64,000 nt of DNA from Trichosphaerium sp. ATCC 40318. Taxonomy: Eukaryota; Protista; Tubulinea. The notes beneath the pieces are model-generated. The model was not told the origin of the DNA and ran no database searches. It saw only the letters and a list, made by a program, of their open reading frames with translations. Every line of letters begins with the position of its first letter. Position 1 is the stretch's first letter. The position numbers and the translations under genes are program-made. The stretch covers positions 206,161 through 270,160 of the forward strand of contig JALMLS010000009.1 in NCBI GenBank assembly GCA_038496445.1. The letters are read 5' to 3'. Positions 11,990-25,400 of the stretch are shown here, piece after piece.

Positions 11990-14460
11990 TTATGGTTGGG
12001 TTACAATGCTTCTAGGCGATTCAGAATTTACAATATTAGCAACATTTCCATTTGTTTTGTTTTTCTTTTTTTCGCGCATGTGCAACGGAAATACTGCCTT
12101 ATTCAGTGGCTCGAAGTACCAGATTAAAAGGATAGCAATTAGTGCCAACAACAATACTCCAACAGAACAGCCAATCATTACGTACATTAAAACATATGAT
12201 CGTTTGTCACATTTCGAGTTGTCAACATGAAACACAGCTGATAGTTTACCTACAAAGTTCTTTAGTTTGTTTTCAGTATCAAGCGTTCTCCTACCTTCTG
12301 CACGCTTTTCTTTTACCGATATTTCTTCACATTCTTCATTTGCTGTTTGGGCATGATATCCTATAAAAGATCCTTGAAAGAACCGTATTAATAGACATAA
12401 ATTTTTAAACAAGTATTACCTGATGTACAATCATTACTGTCGTCTAATGTGAATAGTTTAACTTCATCTCCTGTTTCAACTGATCCGTTTTGTTTGAGTA
12501 GCACAAATCCATTAAAGTGAGCGCAACCTAAAGATCAGTGTGTTCATTACTTCAATCTTTTAATGCTGGTATACCTCTTATAGTGACATTCGTATTGTGC
12601 TCAAAAATTAACCATCCGCTGTCGGAACAAGTGATATTCTCCATTGATACATTTCCTTGAAACGTCATATTTGTGTTAGGGTCAACAACAAGCTCTTGAT
12701 CATCGGGAAGAACCCATATAGATCTCATGCAAGTGAAGTTTTGTGTAGGAGCTGTTCCAATGCATGTAGAATCTAATGTACTTAGACGAGCAGTCGGGTT
12801 GCCATTGAATTGGATGGTAGGTGTAGAGTTTGATAAACTCGCTTCGTTTGGAGGTAGCGTAGTCTCTATAGTGCGCTAAAGCAGTATCAGTATTGTTTTT
12901 GTGGAGTGCAAATTGTACAAACTGATATGCGCCAACATCTATGATTCTGTAGTCTCTTGTTGTATTCTCTAGAGTGTATATGTTATTAACAAAAAGATTA
13001 CAATAATGAAACAGCTTACGAATATCCCATTGTGGTACATCAGGGTCAGCATCTGTTTATATCAGTATGTTAAAAGTTTAAAACAGACAGTACCTGTGAA
13101 CGAAAACACAACATCAGAGGTATTCGTAAGTTGGTAACTACCACTTGCTATATTTTCGAATATGTCTGTGGTATTGAGGAACAAGAAAGAAGGTTGAGGG
13201 TACTCTCCAAAGGCGCTGTACTTATTTGCGAAATCGAACAGAAGTATGTTTTTCCATTGGACTATAACTCGAGATGGGCTTGCCAAATTGTCAATATCTG
13301 TTCTTCACATGTTAGATAGCAACCCCCCAGATTGTTATACGTACTGATGCCAACAGTTACAGATTTTAAAGTCGTATTACAAACATGCGATATTCCTATG
13401 CAACTAAGTACTTTTGTTACTGTTTGTGGTGACAACTTACTGCCAGCGTTTTGTATAACGGTGTTGTAAACGGTAATGGGGTTATTTTGAACACAAAAAA
13501 ACGTTGCGTGAGTTTCTCCTTGTTGCCCAAAAAGGCTACTTCTGTCGACAGACAACGCGGAAGAATCCAAGTATACTAACACTGGTGATACTGTTAGAAT
13601 AATGATTAAAAAACACTAGGTTTACCGCTTGATTCTGCCCTTATTCTCGCATCCTCTATGCGTACATGACTATGAGACATCCTTATAGAATGTAGAGGCT
13701 AAAAATAGAATTAAAAAAAAGAATCACGTGATGTAGAAAATGTAAACCACAATCAGTCGTACCCCTATTGTAAATACTATCATATCATTAAAGTATACTT
13801 GAGAGTGATTTATAAGAATGGTGGAGCGACTGCTTGCAAGTCCATTATCTTTTGCTTTTAAATTCTTGAACTGTACGGAATCTATTACCTGTCAATCAAC
13901 ACATCTGTTTTCTGAAAAAGAACGCACCGGAAGTGTATACTCCTATTAGTGCTTCGGGCGCATCAACGGTTGTCATTGACATGTCTTCTATCGTTATGTT
14001 TTTACAAGCTTCTATTACAAGTCTTGATGCCGTTTGAATACGTATTGAAACGTTGGTAGAGTTAAAAATTGTAATTTGATTAATTGCCAACTACAACAAA
14101 TTAGAAAACAAAATTGCAAGGTTGCCGGTTTTTCTTTTTGGTTTTTGGGTGTACATGAAGTCCGATGAAGAGGCTCACATCGTTTCTGTTTATAATTACA
14201 TCGGAACCCCCCAGAATCGATATTACTCGTATACAATCCAATGATGAGTCACCCTGCCGTATTAATTATTCAAAATCAACAAAAACTCCGGAATCGCGAA
14301 CAGGTGGCCGTACCAGGGCATCATCAAGCGTTGGGTACATAGCATCCGGTACGTCTTGGCATCCACGTGTAGGAAAAGGCGTGTATAAAAACATCACCAA
14401 TAAAACGAGTTGAAAGCTAAGGTTGATGTGCCTTTTTGGAGCAATACAGTTGTGGTACAT
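11990..14460 (-). CDS. Type I membrane surface protein, paralog B (tandem duplicate)
   Basis: Same exon layout and motifs as 8548-11092 (YPTLDDAL; YVMIGCSVGVLLLALIAILLI). Confidence 0.7.
12915..13209. repeat. Near-identical direct repeat of 9460-9750 (gene-conversion-like tract)
   Basis: Direct comparison shows about 290 nt with only scattered differences, including across two introns. Confidence 0.9.
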
Positions 14461-14724
14461 GAGAAACACCAAAAATATTATCACTGTATGTGTTATGCAG
14501 TTTTGGCCAGCTGTGTTTTCCTAATGTTCGTTTTAGTCAGGAGTGTATAATAACAAATTACGAGGAATTACCCAACTATTTTGAGGGCGTATTGTAATAA
14601 ACAGTATTAGGTCCTATGGTATCACTAAGTCATGAGTTTTCGGGTTTAGCAGGAGCGAACCTTCGAATTATCAAGTAGATAGACTAATAGAGAGCAACAA
14701 TTACCCTGCGTGAAACTAAATACG

Positions 14725-17032
14725 ATGGAATGTACCAACAATACAAAACGGAGTTGTGGGTACCAGCGGAATATGTAGTTGCTGAGGGATTCTAGTGAGG
14801 ACAAACAGGTTTGTTCTTTTCGCGACAAATATAGTTTTAGTTTTTTCAACAATGTCCTGGTCTCAAGAAGTCACGTTCCGAATGTTTGCCCCACAATTTA
14901 TTCCCAATCTATACTGTAACCCAACCAATAGCAAGCTGCGATACGAACAATTGTGTTCAGGCGCAGTAAGAGGTGCTATCACAAGACCTGGAAGCAAAAA
15001 TGGCTATTACCTATTCTTGCTTGGTGTTCTTTGTAGGTTGAAGTTCTCTAATTGATTTTAAGTTGAAGCTTTGACACGGGCCAGGCTTGCATCTTGGGGA
15101 CTTGATATTTAATAGTAGAAACCTTTGTGATTGATTTCTGCGTTAGTTGAAGTCAATTTACGAAAACTCCCAAATCGATCACACGCGAATGCTTCGCGGA
15201 GCTTTTGAGTTCGCAATATTCCTGCTATACGTTAGAGGACTTGTAACAGTTGTAAATGAATCATCTGGCAATACAACAGCAGAAATTGAGTCATGGCCTC
15301 TATTCTTCGGTAATAACGATGTTAACTTCCCTACAATACACAATGCAACAGTGACGTCTCTTAAAGACGCCTTTTCAGGTGGGACAACAGAAATTCTATA
15401 TTTACTCGTCTTCAAAACCTCACGATGCGCAAGGATGCGTGGTATTCATGCCGCCTGATAAAAACACTGCAGGAAATATTTTAAGAGCCAGGGATGCAGG
15501 CGCAATCGCCGTCATCATACGTTATAGTAGCGAGTTCGTTTCGGGAGGCTGTGGCATGTACTATATTTACCGTACGGTTTGGTGGCTTTAATCTTTTTGT
15601 GTAAAATGATTTAATTATTGGGAAATATTTTGGGGTTTTTTTTTTGATTGTGTTTCGATTGATTAACTCATAAAGGTAGGAAATGGAATAAGAGAATTGA
15701 ATGTGCCTGTTTTAGAAGTGGCGGAGAGGGACATTGGCCTCACCAACGATAGTACCTTTACAGCGACCATTACGTCAAGTAAATTTGCTTGTTTTTAAAA
15801 TGTACAATTTCTAATAGTCCTAGCACCAAACACGTGTCAGAATTATTTTAATGGACCCGAATTTGGTCTAATACAAGCTGTGTTGCTTCTATTATGTGTA
15901 TCGGCTGAAGTACTGTGTGTTATAAGGTGCGGTATTTGCGGCTTTTTATTTGATTGATTAATATTGTTAGATTAGTGCAATACTACAGGCGAGGACGCCT
16001 GTTTAAACTGTCACTCGCCGTTGTTGCCATAAACATAGAAATAGTATCAAACTTGTGTAATATCAGATATAGATGAGCGTTGTCGTATCATCCTAACTGT
16101 TCGTTGTAGTGAAGTTCATTTACCTCGTCAACTTTCTTGGTTCACGTCAATTGTATCATAATTTATTCGATGACTTCATGCTTGCTATTTCATTTCCTCT
16201 TTCTACCATCACAAATGTCATGATTATTATGTATTGGTACTGGCCACGTGTATTACATCTTTCTTTAATTTACGTATAGGCACGAAGCACTTGTTGCTAA
16301 GGCTGTAAAGATCAGTGTTTTTCTCAAAACAAGAGTGTTCAGGATTGCGTTTATAATACTGAGTATTGTTCTGGTTAGTATTGAGCTCATTTCAGCTTTT
16401 GTCCGCGTCACGACTGCGCTTGTAATTACACTTTATTTGCCTCAAGTGACTAATTTCATTGCCAATCTTGTGACACTCATTTATGGTGCAGTCATTTTGA
16501 TTAAGGTACCTTCCTTTCAGCTTTTAATCTATGTTTTAAAGGGCCTAGGTGTACCAACGTGCACGTGGAGTAGAGGATAACTCAAATTCAAGTCTTTTAC
16601 GGAAGGTGGTAACTAACAATATGTCACGTGACTAACACGTGATATTAGATTTTATTGCGATTAACGACGAACACGTTCCTCTTGTCTCTCATGATGATCA
16701 GTATTCTTGCATTGGCGATCCCTCCACCTAGGAGAATAGCAACAAGAAAAACAGTTTATACTTTTGCATCTATTTATGCATCACAAATGTCTTTGTCAAT
16801 TCTACAAGTGCGTCTAATAAATAGTCTAGGTTTCGTATTATCATTGACTTCCATGTAGATATACTCTTTTAAACCACCTCCAAAAACCAAGACATCATCT
16901 AATATGACTAGTGGAAACAGATCTAAGCTGACCTTATCAGATAAAACAAGTGTAACGGCAACACCTATGTCAAAAATTTCAAGTATCCACCCTACCTCAA
17001 CAATACAAAAAGATTTTGTGCTGAATAAATAA
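14725..17032 (+). CDS. PA (protease-associated)-like domain plus multi-pass (about 7 TM) membrane protein
   Basis: Signal-like segment; NILRARDAGAIAVII resembles the PA-domain motif; successive hydrophobic exons; Ser/Thr-rich tail ending DFVLNK*. Start codon uncertain. Confidence 0.65.
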
Positions 17033-17279
17033 TTGTACTTCTAAATACTCAGTATCAAGATCAACCACCTTCTGCATCAATCAATCAATCATTTGTTTTA
17101 CATTTATTTCTACACGAAAAATCTGAGCATGAATTGACACACGCCCTATTCATACGCGTTTAGTAGTACACGAAGATGATACTTAGAAATCAAGTAATGC
17201 TGTATCGCATAATGTATCTGACACTATGCGAAACAGCAAGTTCACTTCCCCACTCTGTCCGATTCTCTTGGGGAATATG

Positions 17280-17720
17280 CTAGAATAGTGATCATGAGCC
17301 AAAACGTGTTGGTAGCTATCACGCCATAAGATCTGATATCGCGTGTTGGTCATGTAGCGTATTGTTTATTAAGGAACATTGTTCAAGATATTATCATGCA
17401 CTGGTATTTGCAAGGTAGATTCGTGCAGCAAAGTGGAGAAGAAGTTGCCTTTATCACAATGACAGCACCATAAATGAGTGTCACGAGATGGCAATCTGCA
17501 GTAAATAAAGTGTAATTCGCCGAGTAAAGATGATGTGAGCTCAACAACAATCAAACAATACTTAGATTATTTATTTTCACAAAACAAACACAATACATCC
17601 TGTACTAGACCAAATTCGGGTCCATTGAAATAATTATGACACGTGTTCGGTGCTAGGAATACTAGTAAAATGTTCGCAAGTGTTCATTTTAAAAAACAAG
17701 GAAGTTACTTGACGTAATGT
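17280..17720 (-). pseudogene. Inverted, internally deleted copy of the 3' part of the PA/multi-TM gene
   Basis: The reverse complement matches 15770-15880, then jumps to 16355-16505 and 16615-16720 (e.g. AATGGACCCGAATTTGGTCTA; GTGACACTCATTTATGGTGC). Confidence 0.8.
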
Positions 17721-17788
17721 TCATCGTGCTGTATGGAATTTGTCTAGAATTATTTTCAATACAATGAGAGGCCATATAACCAAGCTGT

Positions 17789-18322
17789 TCATGCAAACAC
17801 CAAGGTAAAATAGCAAGACATAGTAAGAACTATCTTCAGGCTTAGATTTTCTATGACAAAGTTAGTGATGAAGGTTGGCATTAAAACAAAAAAAAGAAAA
17901 GCGTACATCAACATGTTTGTTGCTTGAGTAACAAACTTAAGTTCGACTGTAATCCGAAAAAAAGCAATTGCAATGGCAAAGGGTAGTACAACGAAACTAG
18001 GGAATATTGATACTAGCCCATACTGTACAACACTGATAGAAACTGACAACCAACTGATAATCCTCACGTGGTTCTGTGAAAGAAAAGTATAAGCAATATC
18101 AATCTCTGTAAATCGATTATCAAACGTTGTAAATATGTTTATTCGCGTACCAACCAATCGGGAAACTGTACTACACCATGTATAGCTGGATTTATTTCTT
18201 GCAGAATTGCTGCGCGTATAAAACACGAAAATAGTGTTCCCAAGTCTACTCTTCCAACAAAAAAGAAGATGTATTGCACAATTGATGTAAACATCGCCAA
18301 ATAAGAAAAAATAGCGTTTCAA
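17789..18322 (-). CDS. Hypothetical hydrophobic (multi-TM) ORF
   Basis: 177-codon open frame with 3-4 hydrophobic stretches; no clear ATG start or family. Confidence 0.3.
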   Translation of the reverse strand: MKRYFFLFGDVYINCAIHLLFCWKSRLGNTIFVFYTRSNSARNKSSYTWCSTVSRLVGTRINIFTTFDNRFTEIDIAYTFLSQNHVRIISWLSVSISVVQYGLVSIFPSFVVLPFAIAIAFFRITVELKFVTQATNMLMYAFLFFVLMPTFITNFVIENLSLKIVLTMSCYFTLVFA

Positions 18323-18507
18323 TCAGAAATTCCACTTAACTCGTAACTAACGACTTAACTCATCTATCAACGCTTTTCCACTTTTGTTCTGGGTTAACGA
18401 TCACCTTGGAAGCAAGTGGACATAGCATGAACATAAAACAAGAGAAATATTGCAATAGCTAAAAGGCTTAATCACATGGCGGTTACGTCCATTGAGTAGC
18501 ATGTTTA

Positions 18508-19890
18508 TTACCATTCATAAACATAAGCATAAGATAGTACTTGACTCTTTGTAGGACCTCCTGCTGGCTTTCCGTTATCATCAATACATTTCTGACCATT
18601 AGGTGCTACTGTATCGCCGTTTCTCCATACTACGATATAGATTAGTCACTGTATAACACCTCCATTTACATACCAATAGTACCATTGCTATTCCAAGCAA
18701 TTGGGTCTTCGTAGTGAAATCTGTAGGCTGAGACTTCAGATTGACCTTCCACAATAGTCAGAACAACCACTTCATTATTCTGTGCGTACCTGCTGCTCTA
18801 TCGATGTGTGTTAGACCAGATACTGGCAAATGGAAACCACCGCCATTAAAATAGTAAGCTGAATCGAAATAATCCTCTGTTCCAGAACTGAAGCGAACAA
18901 ATCAGCTTTTTCAAGTTTTGTTAAAGCATCGTCCTACCTCAAGAGCATCTTTGGTCTACCATCAAGATGAGCTCTAAGACAACCCTACAAATAACGTATG
19001 AGAATCTAAGAAAACTCCCACAGGTAACCACTGTAAACTTCGTACTTCTAGGAAATGCAAGTTTTCCGATTGTACAGACAACATAACTGCGAAAAATAAT
19101 CCCGATGATGTACTCTGTACGAGGTTTATCTTTTCTAATGGGTTATAGGTTCCATTATTTTTGTAAACTTTCAGGTGAGAACTACGTAATGTTACTAGGA
19201 AAATTCTTCCAAAAAAAAATCACGTGACATACTTTGGAGGTAATTTAAACCCGTCAACATGCACAGGCAAGTTCTCTGCACCTCGAACAATAAACCAGAA
19301 TTTTCCCTCAGGGTCTGAAGCAGCTTGTTGAACCGAGACACGAAGAGAGGAGGTAAATGGTATCCTGATATCTTCAAGAATGTCAGAAGAAAACAACCAA
19401 ACTAGAGACGTACTATTAAACACTGCACCACCTTTTGCTCCCTACAATAGCAGTTATAAATAAAGTGTTCGTTTTTATGTCCGTACTTTTCCAATGAATT
19501 GAGTGCCCCAAGGACTTTCGCTATCGTCGAAACCAATCCCAACGGAGAAGTCAGCAATAAGCTCAACAGTTAAACTTGGATTGTCATCAATGTAAAATCG
19601 AACAATGGCATTGTTCACGTGGGCTGAAACAAAAAAGTCAGACGAATTTTCCTAATGTTCGTACGTCCTGTAATCCACCAGTGGTTGACAGCAGCGCCAT
19701 CCGAACCTTGTACAGTATGCGTGAAGCTATTTGAACAGTTTAGAAAAAATCAGTTTAGAAAAGCGCATTACACGGTTTGTTCTTCGTGTCCAAGCGTTCC
19801 CACGGATACTGCTGTGCCAAAAGGCACCGGAATAGCATTTGCGACCGCGCTGATAGTACTAATCAAAATAAAGAGCGTCAGTACGTTCAT
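18508..19890 (-). CDS. Secreted DUF2961 (GH172-like) protein, multi-exon
   Basis: Signal peptide; HWWITG..IVRFYIDD, RIPFTSSLRV, FLEGC, SSGTEDYFDSAYYF, SAYRFHYEDP, AYVYEW* motifs. Confidence 0.85.
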
Positions 19891-20441
19891 TACTATCAAT
19901 ATTTGTATGTGTCTGCGGTTGTTGACGTCAGAAATACCACTTTGTTGAAGAAAGGTGACTTTCTGTTTTTTAGCACGTGACACATTTATACAGTAGCGAT
20001 AGTGTCGAAACACGGCAAAGTTTTTCTGGAAGCTTTCAACTTTTGCTTGTGTTTTTTGCCTTTATCATGGCTTGATTTTCTTTCTTTTTACTTTCACGTG
20101 AAAGAGTTATAGAAATTAGGTTTTGTACAACTGTGTAGCTCACAAATTACACGTCATCACTACACAACAACATCTTTTCAATACATCATCTCTTACATCT
20201 TTACAGTGTTTTATCTCTTTTTTTCATCTGTTCAGCTGTTCACGCGTGTTGGAAGAGTGAAAGTCCGTAAGGGTGCTTTTGTAAGTACCTTATTAAAAAC
20301 ACACAGCCATTAGGTCTTCATTTGAAAAAACTAATCTCAAAAATCAAAGTGTAGAGCAGGTAAAACATTTATTTATGCCGTATAAATATACATCCACGTT
20401 GCAATATCATTTCCTTGTATTAGAACCAGTCTGTCGGAAAA

Positions 20442-22079
20442 CTAGACGAACCAGTCAAGACGTGATTTCCAATCTGTCAAATAGTTTACTCTCCACTTGT
20501 TTACAGTCTCAATTGCGGTATTAAATGAACCTTTCTCGCAGCTATTAGCCTAACTAAGTTGCTTTTTAAACGTACTCTTGTCACCCCAGTAATTATTTCC
20601 GTGTGGTAGTTTAACTAAGACGAATGATCAACAAACCTCTGGGCTAAATAAAGAAAATAACAAAATGTGTTACACACCGAAAGAACCTCCCCAATGTTCT
20701 GATGTTGGATCGCTTGCGTTTCCTTCAGAGTGTAAGAAATATAATCAACTGTTAAATTCTCACCTCGCAATAAGTAAAGAATGCTTGCCATATCACCCTG
20801 TAGTTAGTTTAACATTCAATAAAATACTCTAAAGTTAACCTCTTTCATTGACACGTGACAGTTATTGACATAAAAATCACCCAACGGTCCATGACCCTTT
20901 ATGTGGGTATCAACGAAAGTGACGTCACCCATATCACCAGTTTGATTACCACCTTCATAGATACCCCTAAAGGAAAAATTCGTTAAGCTTTTGTCACTGT
21001 TTGATTTGCAATTACCGAAAAGTTGTGTTTGCTTCAATCCTTAACAAATAAGTTACTTTTGTTTCTCTATACTGCCTGCGTACCACCACAATTTCGGAAA
21101 ATTTTCGTATATGTAATTTCTTGAATACGGGTCATGCTGTGTATTCCATGATCCAACGCAATACCTTATTTCATTGTTAAAGTAGTCTTAGAAAAAAAGC
21201 GAAAAACCCACACTCTTAGTTTGTTTACTATCGATGGTTCGTCATGAAGAGCTTGTGCTATAGATTTTGATTACTAACTATACTCTATAGAAAATTGAAT
21301 TACCAACATCAGCCAAACCACCTCCAGTAATGACATAGACAGGTCGTTCGTCATCCTGAAACAAAAGATTAGAATAAGAAAAAAAAGCGAAAGAAGTTTA
21401 GTTTGTCAAATCCGCACCTGCATAGCAATACTAATTATAGCTTTACTACCATTCGTGGGTGCACCTCAATATTCTAGTTAATGAAATAAATAACATACAT
21501 TAGCTTACCCCATCCTTGAGATCCAGGAGATGTCTTTTTTCCTAATCGATGTGAGGCTAAGCAAAACCAAAGTTTCATGCAGTACCAGCATGCACCTTTG
21601 ATCTCAATTCTTGGGCTGTGGGGTAGTTCGATTTATGCTTTTCTAGAACAGGGAAGGCACCATCGTAGGCTTCGAATGCCTTATAGAAAGACTGAACGCC
21701 TCCATTGAATGGTGTAGTAGTAATGAACGCTTAACAAAAATAAAAAATTATTGCGCTAGTAAGAAAAGTCACCTTCAATGTCAAACTCGTTAACGTAGAA
21801 TAAAAAGTTTGCTATGAACTGATAGTCATCGCAGTCGCTACCTTTTAGTCGTAAATCGCAGAGTTAGGTGCTAATCGATCAGTACCTCCAATGTCATCTG
21901 TGTAAATGAGCCTAAAGCGTTGTCCATCAAGAGCACCACCTGTTGGTGTCGTTTTATAAGAATTACAGCTCGTCGGTTATAATCCTTGTACCTGAAGGGT
22001 TTGCGGGCATAAAACACAAGCTCGTATGCACTAAACACGAAACTAGCAACACTACATTACAAACAAGACTGTGTCGCAT
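20442..22079 (-). CDS. Secreted DUF1593 / Sde182 nucleoside-hydrolase-like domain protein, multi-exon
   Basis: RLIYTDDIGG.DCDDYQ..NFLFYVNEFDIEAFI, YPTAQELRS, DDERPVYV..GGGLADVAQALHD, GHGPLGDFY, HWGGSF, VNKWR..YL.DW..RLDW. The last exon needs a 1-nt correction. Confidence 0.82.
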
Positions 22080-22453
22080 GATTGTGCGGGTTTTGATTAT
22101 GAAACACGTGACTAGAAATGACTTCGGTAAAAAAGTAGAGAAAAGAAATAAAAATACTCACAAAGTTTGACTTTCTCTCGCATGTCGTGTAAGGTCCGCC
22201 TCACTCCAACAGCGATTGTTAATGCGGTGTTGGCGTAGTGTATAATATACGACACGCACATGCAATGAACTGACATGTATCAAAGTTCGGTGTTTGCTAG
22301 ACCAAACTTTCTGAAGAATACTGCGTTTTTTTATATTTCTTTATCAGAAAGCAACTAAAGTTCAACAGCAGTGGACGATTATACAACAGTTTAGGAAATA
22401 GATCCGTGTTTATTTTTCTACAGTGAGTAATTACTCTATCAGTGATAGTGAGT

Positions 22454-25400
22454 TTATCTCCTGTTAAATTTAAACCAATTAATATTAAAACGAGATGAAA
22501 GCATTTGCAGTTTCACTTGATGTTTTCCTCCAGATATGTTTCCGTTAAGGTTAACAGTAGCTGTAGAATATGTATGCCATCCTCCAGTACCTGGGAAGCT
22601 TATAGTTCCCTTGTCAACGTTGTCTATTAATATCTTGACGGAGAATTGTTCTTTCATCAATGAAGCATGTCGAATAGTGAACGAGTAAGATCCTGACTGG
22701 AAGTTTACATTGTCATATGCTAAATACTCTCCAACATCAATCCAACCAACATTACAACCTCCTCCGTTATCTGTGGTTCTTTGCATATCCACTTGGGCTT
22801 TCCCTGCGACAACTTTACCGCCACAAGCTTGGCCTATTACAAAGTTAGTAACTTATTTTTTGGAAAAGAGAAAAAGCCAAAGGAAGAAAAGTAAAAAAAG
22901 CAGAATATCGGCGTACCTTCATTTTTTGATGTTGTATCAAAAAAGTCAGTGTATTTCTCGGCTTCAATCCTGTCAGTAGCAGAAAATCCATTGTTGTTGT
23001 TGTTGTTATTGTTGTTGTTGTTGTTATTGTTATTGTTATTGTTGTTGTTGTTGTTGTTATTGTTATTGTTTTGTACTTGCAACTTGGCGAACGGATTTGG
23101 GACTGACACTCCGCATTCGCTACAACTGGAAACAAAGTTCCATACTGGGATTGATTGAGGGTTTGCGTTTCTACTTCTGTCAGCGCAACTAATGCATTTG
23201 TCATGGAATATGGCAGGTACGACTAGAGCAGAGGGTTTTGAAGAGCTAGTGAAACCAGACGGTTGAATCTTTTGAAGGCAAGTTGAAAGGAAGATCGGGT
23301 CATGTGGATCTGCTGTTGTCTCGAAAGGACCGAAGGTACTTGACATTTGACGTGCTTGAACACCATAGCAAATGAGGGCTTTGTCATTATTTCTATGACG
23401 GTTCTTGAGGGTGTTACACTCGTTAGGTAAGAGACTGATGAATCTGTCATATGGTGTGTTAACCTTCGCTGGAGCAATAATGACGCCATCGCAGTTGTTG
23501 TTGTTTCTACAAGCATCTACACATGGCTTTGCACCGGCAACGTTGTTGTTAGATACCAAGTGACATCCTCCAGTAACGCTTCTACGATCAGGGGCAAAGC
23601 AATGATCAACTCTCCTAACAACAAAGTTAGTAAAAAGCAAGAAGAAAGAAAGAAAAGCAATTACGTACCCGAAAGTGACTTGGTTGCTTTCTTGCTCTTG
23701 TGGTGGTTCTGGAACATTATTGCGAGGTTGAGGTACGTTCACTGGCTTGACAAATGTCGTTCCTTTGTTTCCGTATATGCTCGCAACTTGTTGGCTTTTG
23801 TAGTCAACGTGAACACAATCGTAGTATCCATGCCAATGCCATGCAACAATATACCTTCCGAATTTAGATCCTTTAGGTATTGTGAGTTGAGCGACATCGT
23901 TATCGAACGGTCTGTGGCTAGTTATACGATACTTGTATACAGCGAGCATATCAGGGTATTTACTACTTCTATATGCGCGGTATTTGTTGTCCTTGAGGCT
24001 TCTCGTGGTGTATTCATAAAGCTTGTACATTGTTTGTTTTTGACCTTCGAATTTTATAGGTCTTTTGTTGCTGAATGTATCTCGGAGGTACATTGGATCA
24101 CCTGGTTTAATCTCTCTCTTGTATCTAGTTCCGAACGCTTTTCTGTTTAGGATCATACGGAAAAGAGGCGTTCCGTCAACTTCAGAGCCTCCTGGAGCGT
24201 TTCTGAGGTAGTCTTCAAATTCGTTCTTTCCGCGACTTGCAAACTTCCCGAGTGACTCCTCAGCGAGGATAATAAGGTATGAAAAACTATGTTCAGGATG
24301 GCCTACTGACCATTCAACTTCGAATTTCTGATCTGGACCGACTTGAATGTGTGGTGCATTTCCAGCTTTAGGAGGGCAAGGCTTTTTTGTTGACGATCTG
24401 CCTTGGCTAATTGCAGGGGAACCGAGCCAGTTGTGAGCTTGAACTGTGGTGATAACTGTTGAAAGAGCAATCAAAGCAATTAATGTAATTGCGAGGCTTG
24501 GCATAGCTACGGCTCCATTTTTTTTAGTGACAACTAAAGAAACGAAGAGAACTAAAGCAAGGAGAACGAAACTAATGAGGAATAAGATCGAGAAAAAAAA
24601 GAAAGAAAAAAAAAAGAAGAGTGCTAAAAAGGTTTGTACCTTTGTGATTTAGAAGAAGAACCGCTAGGTAGATCTTGTGCAAGAACTTTCTGGTTTTCAG
24701 AGATAACATCGTTTGTAGATAAATCACGTTTTGAACCACCTGAGCAAGCACAAATACGTTTGATCGCCGAATCACGTGCATTACATTCGACACGTCTATT
24801 GCAGTTTGATTGTCTGAAGAAACAGTGCGCTCCTTTTTTAAAGGTACCAAGTGATGAACAACTTGTAAGAACTAAATCTGCGCATATCAAATCGTTTGCA
24901 ATGACCATACTAGTCATGCCGTTTTGTGAACTGATATCTTGGCTCATTCCAGAGTTGCATGTTTTTCCTACGGCTGAGCACGCTTGACTGCATGACTCGC
25001 CGACCTTGGACTCATACCAAGTCTTTGGAACACCAGACCCTTCGTTCAATCTTACGTCACCATTTCGGTTTGGATGATAAAAAGCTCCAGTGTTTGCATC
25101 TCCTTGTTTGATGAGAATTCTGAAGAAAATAGGTCCTGTGCCGGAAGGAGGTGCTTCAAACTTGAAACGTGAAATCAAAGGTTTGATATCTGCAGATGAG
25201 TGGGTTACAGAGCGTGAACACTGGTGTCCTGAGTCGCCCCAAGCTTTCTGGAAGTAAGCTAAACACAAAGTTAGAAAGACTCTGGACACAAGGTTGACTA
25301 GCGTTGAACAAAATAGTGCTTACTTGGAACTTGATCGAGAAGTTTGAACGATCCTACTCGTTTTCCGGTGGAATCTTCGGCGTATAATAGAATACCGCGG

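Noticed and set aside
22845-23204. Poly-Thr and poly-Leu ORFs
   Set aside because: Alternative-frame and antisense shadows of the poly-Asn repeat.
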